A stretch of 63,980 nt of DNA, counting the filler, from Olpidium bornovanus S191 (Eukaryota; Fungi; Olpidiomycota): assembly GCA_017911155.1 (NCBI GenBank). It is 24 parts of 24 records of this genome, joined end to end, with 100 filler letters (N's around TTAATTAATTAA, not from the genome) between each part and the next. Parts side by side here need not be neighbours in the genome. Positions count along the whole stretch, not along the records: positions 1 to 1,380 come from JAEFCI010006999.1; positions 1,481 to 4,687 come from JAEFCI010009148.1; positions 4,788 to 7,761 come from JAEFCI010005906.1; positions 7,862 to 10,576 come from JAEFCI010008494.1; positions 10,677 to 12,288 come from JAEFCI010001855.1; 19 more parts are not named here. One strand, given 5' to 3'. Positions 1 to 10,882 of this stretch are shown here, piece by piece. The stretch's first letter is position 1. Every line of letters starts with the position of its first letter. Below the pieces are notes generated by a model that was not told the DNA's origin, made no database searches, and saw nothing but the letters and a program-made list of their open reading frames with translations. The translations under genes were made by a program, and so were the position numbers.

Positions 1-78
1 ACAGCTTCCCCCGCCCGGTGGGGCCCTCACGGAGTTTTTCTTTACCCCCTGCCCGGGGGGGTTGTTTTAAAACCTGGG

Positions 79-113
<35 letters not shown>

Positions 114-269
114 CCTTTTCCATTTTTTTTTCCTTTTCCATTTTTTTTTCCTCTTGGGTTTGTTTGTTTGGTGAGGGGCCGGGAGAGGGGCGCGCGCGCA
201 GAACGCAAGGGGACACCTTGACAAAACGCTGCCGCGCCGCTGAAACCGGCCGAGAACACGCACGCAGCC

Positions 270-1380
270 ATGTCCACCTCTATCTTCAGCGCCGTCGACG
301 GCCTCGACGAGAACCAAATCGAGGCCTTGGATGCTCTTTTAAAAGAGGTGTGCTTAGCGACTTTTTGAGGCTCGCGGCCAACGCGGGGAGAGGAGGGGTC
401 CTGGCGGGAGTACCCGCAGCGAGTGCCCACTATGGTCCCACAGGCGGCAACCGGCCGTGGTGGCGGCCGACCCGTAGGCTGCGGCTCTCGCCCTCGTTTC
501 TCGTGCCGGCGGGAACAGCGCACGCCTTCGTTTGGTAACGCTGCTACCCGGAAGAAGGGGGCGGGGTGGTGTCCCACGGTCATGTCGAGAAATATGCTGA
601 CGTGCCCTGGTCGCTCCTGAATTATCGCGCTTCAAGTTTGAGAAGGTGGATGAGGATCTGAGAGCGGAGAAGGAGGCTCTTCAAAGGAAGTACAACAAGA
701 AGCGGCAGCCGGTATACAAGAAGCAGCGTGAGCTGGTGAAGTCGGTCCCGACTTTCTGGAAGCAAGTGGTGAGTTCATCTCGCTGATCCCGGACCGGAAG
801 TCTCGTCGCGAGGTTCGCTCAAGGACGTCCTCCGCCGCGTGCACGAGAGCGCGCCGAGCACGCGCAGACAAAACTTACGTGGCTGCGAAGTTGAAGCGAA
901 ACGGGAGAGTATCTCTTGTAGGATGCCTGACACGCGTTCGTTCATCGTTAACCCACCCAAAACCGGCATCAGTTTGAGAGCCACCCTGTCCTAATGCACG
1001 TTTTAGACGCCGACGATGCGGACATCCTCGGAAAATTGGTCGACTTTTTTGTAGAGGAGAGTGACGACGGCTCCTCGGCGACGATAACGTTCGTGAGTGG
1101 ACAAGCGGGTCTCGCCGGCGGTTTCACCCGCGCTGCTGTTTGACAGTTGCATGCTGAGCCTGATGTCCTGATGTACAAATCGTTCAGAAATTTGAGAGGG
1201 GCAACCCACATTTCACAAACACAACTCTTAAGAAGGAGGTTGTAACGAAAGACGGAGAGCGCCAGTTCAGCCACACCCCTATTGACTGGATAAAGGGAAG
1301 AAAGAGAAAGGCGGACCCCACGGAAGACGGTTTGTTCTTCTCCTGGTTCCAGTCTGACGACCCGGACGAAATGGGCATGT
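270..1380 (+). CDS. Nucleosome assembly protein family histone chaperone (SET/Vps75-like), spliced, 3' truncated
   Basis: The ATG at 270 gives MSTSIFSAVDGLDENQIEALDALLKE, followed by a GT intron. Later exons read ALQRKYNKKRQPVYKKQRELVKSVPTFWKQV, HVLDADDADILGKL, NPHFTNTTLKKEV and HTPIDWIKG...FFSWF, which are NAP-family motifs (PxFW, NPxF, IxW, FFxWF). Confidence 0.85.
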
Positions 1381-1480
1381 NNNNNNNNNNNNNNNNNNNN
1401 NNNNNNNNNNNNNNNNNNNNNNNNTTAATTAATTAANNNNNNNNNNNNNNNNNNNNNNNNNNNNNNNNNNNNNNNNNNNN
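1381..1480. other. Artificial contig linker (first of 23), N44-TTAATTAATTAA-N44
   Basis: Identical 100-nt cassettes with stops in all six frames start at 1381, 4688, 7762, 10577, 12289, 18156, 19656, 20768, 23286, 25346, 28890, 30129, 35016, 37187, 47240, 48478, 49842, 51061, 54430, 56091, 59228, 61439 and 62872. Sequences on either side of a linker are not physically linked. Confidence 0.99.
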
Positions 1481-2268
1481 TCCTGTGAAACCATCCAATC
1501 CAGAAGCTTCGAAAAGCGAGGGACTCCTCTTAAAGGTCTTTCAGTGGAACCCAAGACCACCCGCGTCCGGTCAGCCCTTGCTGAAATTCAAGGGTTACAT
1601 GTAGGGAGAGCCATGTTTGCCAGTGGTGAATACGAGTCGTGCAGGCGCATCGCCGTGATTTGCCATATCCAGGTTGGACAACGACATATGGTGATCCTAG
1701 CATTTGCCGAGCAGGTGTGCTGCGCCGGCGCTGCCGCATCGTCATCTGTCAGGATCCCCGCCACACAGGCGACGTGCAGACTTTTGAGTCCTCCGTGTCA
1801 CTCTTTTCGTCGGGCCCGTTGTCCTTCTTCGCGGCCGGCCCCGCCTCTTTCGTTTTGCGCTCCTTGCGAGGTGCGCGTCATCGGCGTGCCATAAACCGCG
1901 TCTTGTTGCAGTTTAAACACTTTTGATTATCTTCTTATCCTTTCTTCTTCTTCTTTGCTTCACCTGCAGCTGAATATAAATGTTGGCCTTCACATATAGA
2001 ATTATTTATCTTATCGCAAATATTCAGATTTAAACCTGGCTCCATCGACTGACGGGTTGCTGGCCTTTTGGTTTTTTCCGTCAGGCAAAAAGTCCTCTCA
2101 AAAAGCTTCTGGGATTGTGATCAGGTCGGCCAAAATTTCCTTTTCCCTTTTTGTTTCGGTTTTCTTTTGGAACGCGCGCGCGCACGCTGACTCGCGCCGG
2201 GCGGTTTTTTCCCGAACAAAAACCAAACACGCCCAAACAACGGAAAAAAGAAAGAGGAAGAAAAAACC

Positions 2269-3906
2269 ATGTCTAACGGACCCCCCGCGCGCGACACGCG
2301 AGGCGGCAGGGTCTTTTCCATTGAGGGGAGGGGCCTGAAGCTGGACTCGCTCGCCGACGTCGACGAGTTCGCGAGCCGCATCCGCGCCGCGACCGACCTG
2401 GAGGAGGTGCACTTCAGCGGGAACACCCTCGGGATAGACGCCGCAAGGGCCCTCGCCGACGCTCTCGCCGCGAAGGACCGGCTCAAGGTGCGAACAAGCC
2501 GCTTTCTTTCATTCTCACGCCTCTTGTTCGCTCTCTTTTTTTTTCTTTTGCCTTCTCTTTCTCTCTCTCTCCCTCTCTCTCGCTATCTCGCTTTCGCTCT
2601 CGTTCTTGCTATCTCTCTCTGGCTTGCTTTCTCGCCCTCTCCCTCTCTTTCTCTCTCTCTCTCTCTCGCCCTTTCGTTCTCTCGCTCTGCCGCTCTGGCG
2701 CCGGCCCCCCCCTTCTTCCCCCTTTCTTCCGTATCTCCCACCGCCCACCTGCACGTCCGGTCCCGGCGCATTACCTCCACCGCCCCCACCCGCGCGCGCG
2801 CTTCACCGGACGCGCAGCGCTGCGGTGATCCCTTGTTCACGCGGTTTATTGCCGCGTCTTCCCCGGCTCACCTTTGACGTCGTGCCCGAATACAGGTTGC
2901 GAATTTCAGCGACTCGTTCACCGGCAGGCTGCGCTCCGAGATCCCGATCGCGCTCAAGGCGATTTGCGATGCGCTGGAGGCGAAGCCGCAACTGGAGGAG
3001 TTGAACCTGAGCGACAACGCGTTTGGACCAGCCGGGGCCGAGCCGCTGGTATCGTTTCTGACGAACACGGCCTCGCTGCGGGTACTGCGGCTCAACAACA
3101 ACGGCCTGGGGGTGGCGGGCGGCACCATAATTGCCGGGGCCCTCCTCGCCGCGCAGGAATCCCACGCCCGGGCTGGCCGGAGGTCGAACCTGCAGGTGTT
3201 TATCGCCGGGAGAAATCGCCTAGAGAACGGCTCGGCGCCGCTGCTGGCAAAGGCGTTCGAAGCGCACGGCACGCTGCTGGAGATCGGCATGCCCCAGAAC
3301 GGCATCCGCGCCGAGGGCGTCCGGGCGATCGCCCGCTCCCTCGCCGAGTGCCCCGACCTCGAGGCGCTCGACCTTCAGGACAACACCTTCACGGCGAGTG
3401 GCGCCCTCGCGCTCGCCGCCGCGCTGCCGCGCTGGGCCCGCCTCCGGAAGCTGAACCTCGCGGACTGCCTTATAAAGTCCAAGGGCGGTCGCGCCCTCGC
3501 CGTCGCCCTCGCCTCGCGCGACTTCGAGAACCTCGAGCAGCTGCTGCTCTCCTTCAACGAGATCAACTCGGAAGCGGCCAGGGCTTTTGTCCTTGCCCTC
3601 CCGAAGCTGCCCGGTTTGAAAAACATCGACCTGAGCGGCAACATGTTTGACCCGGAGGGAGAGGTCGCAGAGGAGCTGAAGAGCGTCCTCGAGCGGTTAG
3701 ACAAACTGGATGCGCTCGCGGAGTTGGAAGACATGGAGGACGAAGAAGACGAGGAGGAGGAGGAGGAGGAGGAAGAGGAGGAGGAGGCGGAAGAAGAAGA
3801 GAAAGGCGACGAGGAAGCCGCAGAACGGAAGGAGCCGACCGCCGCAAAAACGAAAGACGACGTCGACCAGCTCGCCGACGTCTTCAAAAACATCCACGTC
3901 GCTTAA
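2269..3906 (+). CDS. RNA1: Ran GTPase-activating protein 1 (LRR plus acidic tail); exons 2269-2487 and 2896-3906
   Basis: VFSIEGRGLKLDS...FSGNTLGIDAARALA joins across a GT..TACAG intron to ANFSDSFTGRLRSEIP, LNLSDNAFGP, LRLNNNGLG, AGRNRLENGS, MPQNGIRAEG and LDLQDNTFT. It ends in a long poly-E tract. Confidence 0.96.
2530..2690. repeat. (CT)n-rich microsatellite inside the RanGAP intron
   Basis: Interrupted CT dinucleotide runs are visible directly. Confidence 0.8.
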
Positions 3907-5080
3907 AATATCGGCCCCTTCCCCCTTCCCCCGTCCGTCGAGGGGCGGGAGGGCGGGGGCGCGTGGGGAGGAGCACGAAAACAACTTAATGCCGTACGTT
4001 GAAAAAAGGGGGAGGGACCTTTGCACACTAGAGAAATATACACATCTGCATGCAGCATACACGCGCCTGAGATAAAAGAAAAACGTTAATTTGCGGCGCA
4101 CGGTGCCTTTTACCCCGTGCGGGCGAGAGGAAGTAAAAGCCAAGGGTCCACACCCCGCTCCCATTGCCCCGCATAGGCGTCAGATTCTCGCACCCACCCC
4201 CTCCCCTCTCTTCCCCATCATCGATCCCGCCACCTCCCCCCACCCGCTTCCCCCGGCCCCGCGAGGCTACGGTGGACGGAAAGGTTTTTCCCCTCCCACC
4301 TTGACGTTCTCTGCCGCTGCGGCGGCGGCGCTCACCGGGCTTTCCATTGCCCCGGTTGTGGTACACATGGCGGCCTGCCGCCGCCTCTCCAGCGTAAAAG
4401 CGAACAACGCCCATTACCCGATTGCCCGATCTCCCCGCTCCGTCTCAATCTCTCTCCGAAAACTGATTAACGATTCAGTGAAAAACTCGGTGCCGATGTT
4501 TTCGCGGGTTCCGTGGGGGCGGGTGTCTTGCTGCTTGCGGCGCGTGCGTGGAGAGAGGAACTGCGTCATGAGAGCTCGTCCCGCGCCGCTTTCTTTCACG
4601 CGGGTCACACAGGTTCGCGCCACTTATAGGGGGAGGAAAACGTCAACTTCCGGCTCTTTCTTTCGTTTTGTCGCGTCTTCCTCGCGANNNNNNNNNNNNN
4701 NNNNNNNNNNNNNNNNNNNNNNNNNNNNNNNTTAATTAATTAANNNNNNNNNNNNNNNNNNNNNNNNNNNNNNNNNNNNNNNNNNNNCAACGCAACCTCT
4801 CAGCAAACCTGCCGACCCGCTCACAGTCCAACAAGTGCTTAACTCACCACAAGCAGCTGAATGGCGGACTGCAATGGACAAGGAACTAGAAAGTCTAAGA
4901 TGTCATGGCACTTACACACTTGTTGACCGACCAAAGACAAACATATGCTCCGGCAAATGGGTTTTTCAAAGGAAGCTTCGTGCTGATGGAACCATCGAAA
5001 AGTTCTATGCTAGGTTCGTGGCCCGGGGGTTCACGCAATCCGCAGGCATTGATTTCGATGAAACGTTTGCTCCAGTCGTC

Positions 5081-5698
5081 TGTGATGCGCCATGCTCGGC
5101 GGCCCGTCGGTGCGGACATCCGGCAACCCGCCCGGGGCCATGCGGAGAAAGACCCCGCTCGTCGGGGATTAATTCTCCGGGTGATCGGGGCTTTCCCCTT
5201 TTCCCCCTTGCCCCCCCCACCGAGACGCCACAACCAACCCCCCCGAAACCGCCAACACCCCCCAACCCCGCCTGCGGGTCCCCCCGCAACGTCAACGTCC
5301 TCCCGACAAGGACGCATAGAGCACCTGGAGCCAACCAGGACCACGCGTCCGCGCGGCGCCAACGAGCACGGCCAGCCAAGGTCGCCGCGCAGAGACCAGC
5401 GAGGGCACGCGGGTCTGCATGGAGCCTACGGGAAAATGACGTCGCGTACTTCGCAAGTGGCGCAGGGAAGGCAGACGCCGGCGCGCCGGCGCGTCGCCTC
5501 TCTGCATAAATAGCACCCCTCTTCCCCGCCTGTGTGTTACTTCGCTCAACTTCCTTTGACTCGACCTTGTTGTACTTTACGTACTTTACCTTGAGAGTAA
5601 TACCTCTCCGACCTGAATACAAACGCTTCTTAACCGCGACCTCCTTGACCAAGGACCCGACCGCGAGTATTGAGCCTGACCCGACTCTCCACAGTACA
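5081..5698 (+). mobile_element. Solo LTR A (618 bp)
   Basis: Termini are TGT...ACA, flanked by TCGTC (5076-5080) and TCGTT (5699-5703). A TATA-like CATAAATA lies near 5505, followed by a pyrimidine-rich U5-like stretch. Excision restores FAPVV-AH. Confidence 0.85.
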
Positions 5699-6090
5699 TC
5701 GTTGCACATGCCGCTTTGAGATTACTTCTCGCCTTCTCCACCGCTCACCGGTGGGTGCTTCGAGGTCACGACGTTGCAACGGCATATCTGCAAGCTCCTT
5801 TCCAGCACGACATATACATGGAACAGCCAGAGGGCTCGATCAACAAAAACCACCCCACAAAAGTCTGGAAGATGCACAAAGCAATCTATGGATTACGGCA
5901 ATCTGCACACGAGTGGCATCACTGACTTGACGCGGAACTGCGTACCTTGGGTTTTGTTCCCGCGGTTCACGAACCTTGTTTGTACATGAATCGTGACCCA
6001 AGTGGTTGAGTCAGTGCACTCATGGCAGTTTATGTGGATGATCTCGTAATCACAGGACCCGACGCAGCCGAATTAGCCTGCCTCGAATCT

Positions 6091-6675
6091 TGTCACAGGC
6101 GCACGCCTGCAGGCTACTCTAGTCACGTGCCTGGCCACTAGACACACCAAGGTGCACCTACACCGTGGTGTGGCCCCCGCCCCTGTCACATGACCCACAT
6201 GGGCCGGCCCACGCAGGGGGGCCCGCACGCTCGGCGGACCCACGCAAGGGGGGCCCCCACGCTCGATGCCCGCATGGGGAATTGTTCCCGCATGAAACTG
6301 TCTCCGCGCGGAACCCCACACGGCGCGCCCATGCCCGGCGCGCCCATGCCCGGCACGCCCCGCCTGGAGCGCCCCACACGGCGCGCACATGCCCGGCGCG
6401 CCCGTGCCCGGCACACCTCGCCCGGAGCGTCCCACATGACGTGCCCAGCATGACAAGCCCACACACGATGAGGGCGCGGCGGTGCTCACACCCGCGCTGC
6501 GTGTATATAAGGCGTGTCTCCGCGTCCTAGAATGTAAACTCAAGAGTCTAACATAGTTCCCAGATCCAGAGTGCACAGACCCCGAACTCGATCTCAAACC
6601 CAACTCACACAAGTCTCTAGATAATTCCGTCCCTCGATAGCACTGCTTGTGCGTGACGTGAATAGACTTGTTACA
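6091..6675 (+). mobile_element. Solo LTR B (585 bp)
   Basis: Termini are TGTCACA...TGTTACA with a perfect 5-bp TSD, AATCT (6086-6090 and 6676-6680). It contains TATATAA near 6504 and an internal ~58-bp tandem duplication (6314-6430) built from ~15-bp GCCCATGCCCGGCGC subunits. Confidence 0.92.
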
Positions 6676-7121
6676 AATCTGAACTTGCCAAGAAGTTTGA
6701 GCTGGGAAGCAGTGGACCTTTGAAGCAAATTCTTGGACTCCGCCTTATACAGAATCCAGATGGAAGCCGAACGCTCAACTAGGAGCAGTACGTTCTTCGT
6801 CTTCTCGAGCGAATGAATCACTTAACATGTCATCCAGTCTCGACTCCTCTCGAGGTTGACGCAATTAGGCAGTTGCGACCACGCACTGATTCTTCGATTT
6901 CTCAAGAACAAACTCGCTACCGAGAGCTCATTGGAAGCCTGCTTTACCTGTCAGTTTGCACACGACCAGTCATTGCCACGGCTGTCAATTTCCTCAGTCG
7001 ATTCATGGCGAACCCGAGTGAAGCGCAATGGGGATCACTTAAGCACATTCTACGCTATCTGAAAGGAACCACCACCCTTGGAATACGATTCCGGGCAGAT
7101 AAAGATAATCAACCTTTCAAC

Positions 7122-7761
7122 CTACATTCGTACTACGTCGGTCATGTCGAGAGGCCGGAAGTGCAACTCAAACTTCTTCAAATACGCCGTGACGTTTCGC
7201 AACTTAAAGTATTCGTGTTTGCCAAGAAACTCTCGCAGCGCCGCCTGAATTTCATTCTTCCGAAAAGTCTTCTCTGACCGTACTTGAGCTGCCAAAAGCA
7301 GTTCCTCAACACGTAGTGAAGTGGCCACTGAAAGCAGCTTCAGTTGCATTCAATGCTAGAGTATTGTTCCCTAAGCGTACCTGACGTGGGCTACTGTCTC
7401 CGGTCTCGTTTCGTACTCCATCCTTTTCCAGTCTTGCCGTCGCGAACAGACGGTCTCGGTTGTCGCTCGTGATGATTCGCTCCTCCCTCCGCTGTCGTAC
7501 GCCGAAAACGTCACGTCACTTAACACAGACACGGATAACCGGACTCTCCACTGCCTGTCCGGCCCGGGAGCGCCAGCTTTTGTGGAAATAGGTGGGCAGT
7601 TGAGGACAGGCGGCGCCGGGCCTTGTGGAAAGTCGCTGTTCCAACTTCCGCACTCGAAATTCCAAAACTCAGCCTCTAAATTTCAGTTCTCTCGAGCGTC
7701 CTCTCTGTCTCTTCTTCTCTTTCTCTCTCCTACTCGTTCTGGGATTTGTTTGCTCTACGAC
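7122..7761 (-). mobile_element. Probable 5' end of a third, opposite-strand LTR element (U5 end, PBS-like site, decayed gag)
   Basis: Copia RT similarity stops abruptly just before the expected YSDADW. The minus strand reads ...TTCCACA-AAAGC-TGGCGCTCCCGGGCCGGA (TGG-initiated, PBS-like, about 7558-7575), then a stop-interrupted gag-like frame FLGKHEYFKLRNVTAYLKKFELHF. Confidence 0.45.
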
Positions 7762-9629
7762 NNNNNNNNNNNNNNNNNNNNNNNNNNNNNNNNNNNNNNN
7801 NNNNNTTAATTAATTAANNNNNNNNNNNNNNNNNNNNNNNNNNNNNNNNNNNNNNNNNNNNACGGTGCAAATGAAGCGCGCAACCCAGGGCCACATTTTT
7901 AATGCAGCTCCCGCGCCGGGGTTGTTTTTTTACTTCCGGCCGGGAAGGGTCCCAAGCCCCTGTAAATGCAGAGGGAAAATGCTAGGCAGATAGACAGAGC
8001 GGATCTAGTTTATGCGCATAAAGAGACCCCGGCGGGCGCGGGCGTGTTTCCAGTGGTTTTTTTTTCTTCTTGGCGCTGCGGGTTGGTAGCCGTTCGTCGC
8101 AGCGGGGGCGTTCGTTGTCACAGGGTCGTGAGGAGGGCCGGGTGACATTTGAGGGATTTTGGCGGAGACGAGGTGGAGGACAATCGGGGTGGAGCGCCGC
8201 CGCGGAGGGGGCGGGTGGGGTGGTTGCGCCTTGTTTTTGGTTTATTTTTATTTTTATTTTTTTTTTTTTTGCGCGCTCGGCCTCAGTTTTGTTGTGAAGT
8301 CGGCCTCTCCGGCCTGAATTATGCCGCGACAGTTTTTGGTTCGGCGGCGTTTTGTGTCGAGGCGGAGCGACGAAGACGCGGCGGCCAACATTTTGCAGCG
8401 AATCTCGAAAAGTCCGCCTTTCGCGGAAAGGGGAGGAGGATGGGAGGATGGGAGGGGAATCCTCGCAAAATTGCCCGCCAATCCTTTCTGAATTGACACG
8501 GCAAAGCTTGTCGCGCCGCAACGTTCGCCCGCTTCGAAAGGGCGTGATCGGACCGGCGGGCCGCCGCCCAAAGGTTTGACCTTCAATCTGGCGGAAAAAA
8601 ACGTCCACGGGGTGGCAGCGTCCCCGCAGGGGCGACCGCCGACCGGCCGTCGTTAGCTCAGAGATTGCTGCAGAGCGTTTTCTTTTTTTTTGACCGCGGG
8701 CGAGATAGCTTTTTGCGATTTGTGTTTCCGGCGCGGCCGGAAAAAGCATAGAAAATCGGCGGTGTTTTTCTTCATTGTTTTTGTTTTTTTTCGGCTTTCG
8801 GGCGCAGCGCCGGCGGTTTGACCCCCCCCCCCCCCCCCCAACCGGGGTTTGCCTTCGAGTTTGTGCTGCCCCGCGGCCGAACCTGTCGCGTCCGCCCGCC
8901 GTCCGGGCGCCGAAACAGCGAAAACGCCGCGCCCGTCTTCGCCCGCTTTTCCCGAGGGCTCTTGCCGTTTTCGACGGCAAACTTGCAAAACGCCTTTTTT
9001 TTTCCCCCGGCCGCAAGCAACTCGCCGGTCGGAGTAGTCGTTCGTTCGATCGGGACATTCTGATAAGATGCTGCCGCAGTTGCGAGCGGGGTAGGGGGCG
9101 CGGATAAACTGAGTCGAGACACGGCGCCGGGGTGCGTCGAAATCATGTCGGCTCGAAGCAATCGGCAAATTTCAGTGATCCTACGAACGCAGGCGACGGT
9201 GCCAGCGATGCGGGGGGAGGCGGAAAATGACGGCCCGCCGGCAGCGCTTTTGCTGCCTCCGCAGACCGCCCGCATGGCCGGTAATCACAGTCGCATTCAC
9301 CGACCACGACGGCTGAGTTGAAACACGAAGGCACACCGGGGAGACGGGCCAATCAAAGAGCCACTTTTTTCTCTGCAAACAGAACGCCGCCTCCCACAGA
9401 CGTAAATCGCTCTATATAGAAGCAAGGAATTGCGTGTAGAATAAAGGGCAAGTTGCACCGACCGATCAAAAAAAGCAGTCGGCCCGAGACGTTACTCGCG
9501 GCCGGCTCTCAAAATCGCCCGGCTCTCCGACGGGCTACAAAACTCTACAAATACCGCGAATAATATCGGGGCGTCTAAAAAAAAAAAAAAAAAAACAAAA
9601 AAACCAGGTGCGCGGCAGGTTGCAACGAA

Positions 9630-10406
9630 TCAGGAATCGTCGGACCTCGGGCGTTTTTGGGGTAGCCCCTCGACCTCGGCGAGCGGCTTAGTTTCGAGTT
9701 TGCCTACGGCGTCTTCGGCGGCGGCCGCCTCGGCTTCCGCCTTGGTCGGCTTCCCGCGGCTGCTGCCGAGGACCCTTCCGAGGTAGCTGACGTCGCAGTC
9801 GTAAAGCTTGCCACGCGGGGTGGCGCCCTCGGCGGTCCTGACGTCGTACACGGGGCTGCTGTTGTCCCGGGAGGCCTTCTGCACGGTTTCCTGCAGCCGG
9901 CTCTTGGGGTGCTGCGCCCGCTTGCCGGACGGGCCGGTCCCGTCCGGGTAGTTCGCGGGGTTGACCTCCCCGAGCAGCCGGAGAAGGTAAGCCCGCACGG
10001 CGGCGACGCTGCGGCGCACGTCGACGTAGTACGCGCCGACGAAGGCCTTGAAGGCCTCGGCCTCGAGGCGGAGCGCGTCGTCGGGGCCCAGCCCGGGCTC
10101 CGCGCCGGCCGCCGCCGCCGCCGCCGGCGGAGCGGGCGGCCGGACCCTGAGCAGCTCGTTCAGCTTCACGTGCCGGCACAGCGCCTGCAGGTACCTGGAG
10201 CCGCAGAGGGTGCGCTTGAGCTGGCCCAGCTCGCCGTCCCGGGCGAGCGGGTGGCTGTCGAAGACGTGCTCCGCCGCGACCAGGCCGTAGACGGCGTCTC
10301 CCAACACAGCCAGGCGGTCGTTGGTGGGGGCGGCGCCGCACATTTTGGACGTGAGGGCCTCCTCCAGCAGGCTGCCGTTTTTGAAGATCGGCAGCGGCAG
10401 AGCCAT
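9630..10406 (-). CDS. Bacterial-type RNase III domain + dsRBD protein with degenerate catalytic residues (258 aa from the first ATG, intronless)
   Basis: LLEEALT...NDRLAVLGDAVYGL (compare NERLEFLGD), GELGQL, AEAFKAFVGAYYVD (compare ADxFEAxxGAxYLD), then a dsRBD: HPKSRLQETVQK...PVYDV...YDCDVSYLG...GKPTKAEAEAAAAEDAV. Confidence 0.85.
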   Translation of the reverse strand: MALPLPIFKNGSLLEEALTSKMCGAAPTNDRLAVLGDAVYGLVAAEHVFDSHPLARDGELGQLKRTLCGSRYLQALCRHVKLNELLRVRPPAPPAAAAAAGAEPGLGPDDALRLEAEAFKAFVGAYYVDVRRSVAAVRAYLLRLLGEVNPANYPDGTGPSGKRAQHPKSRLQETVQKASRDNSSPVYDVRTAEGATPRGKLYDCDVSYLGRVLGSSRGKPTKAEAEAAAAEDAVGKLETKPLAEVEGLPQKRPRSDDS

Positions 10407-10676
10407 CGGCGCTGGCCCGGGGGCGGTGGGGGGTGGGGGGGAAGGGCGCAAGCGGTTGCGGTGCTCCGGGCGAGAGAGAGAGCGGGACGGCGGCGGAACA
10501 GGGGAGCGGGGGAGTGCGTGCGTGCGTGCGGTGCGCGGATTTTCCGTCGGCGTTCTCCCCCCTCCCCCCGTTCTCCNNNNNNNNNNNNNNNNNNNNNNNN
10601 NNNNNNNNNNNNNNNNNNNNTTAATTAATTAANNNNNNNNNNNNNNNNNNNNNNNNNNNNNNNNNNNNNNNNNNNN

Positions 10677-10712
<36 letters not shown>

Positions 10713-10752
10713 CCCCCCCCCCCGGGGGAAAAAAAAAAAAAAAAAAGAGGAG

Positions 10753-10791
<39 letters not shown>

Positions 10792-10882
10792 GCCCCCGCC
10801 GGAGCGCATAAAAAAGAGACAGAGAGAGAGAAAAAAGACACACGCGGCGAGCAGAGGCAGGCTACAGGCAAAACCAGAAACG

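Larger units (their letters stand above)
4788..7130 (+). mobile_element. Ty1/copia reverse transcriptase, decayed and split by two LTR insertions
   Basis: Removing 5081-5698 and 6091-6675 (and one TSD copy each) restores EWRTAMDKELESL...KWVFQRK...[34 protein letters not shown]...DVATAYLQ...IYMEQPEG...AIYGLRQS...AVYVDDLVITG...ESELAKKFE...YRELIGSLLYLSVCTRP...LKHILRYLKGT. Two in-frame TGA stops are present. Confidence 0.95.

Noticed and set aside
1425-1436. TTAATTAATTAA palindrome (PacI-containing) as a biological element
   Set aside because: It is identical in all 23 N-padded linkers and is a synthetic six-frame stop.
2868-3893. Long antisense or alternate-frame ORFs over RanGAP (and over the RhoGEF, ERI1-like, helicase and GPI13 genes)
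   Set aside because: These are shadow ORFs expected from GC-rich codon usage, with no domain signal.
7862-9600. Several 100-350-aa Arg/Pro/Ala-rich ORFs
   Set aside because: They come from GC-rich sequence broken by T/A runs, with no motifs or consistent exon chain.
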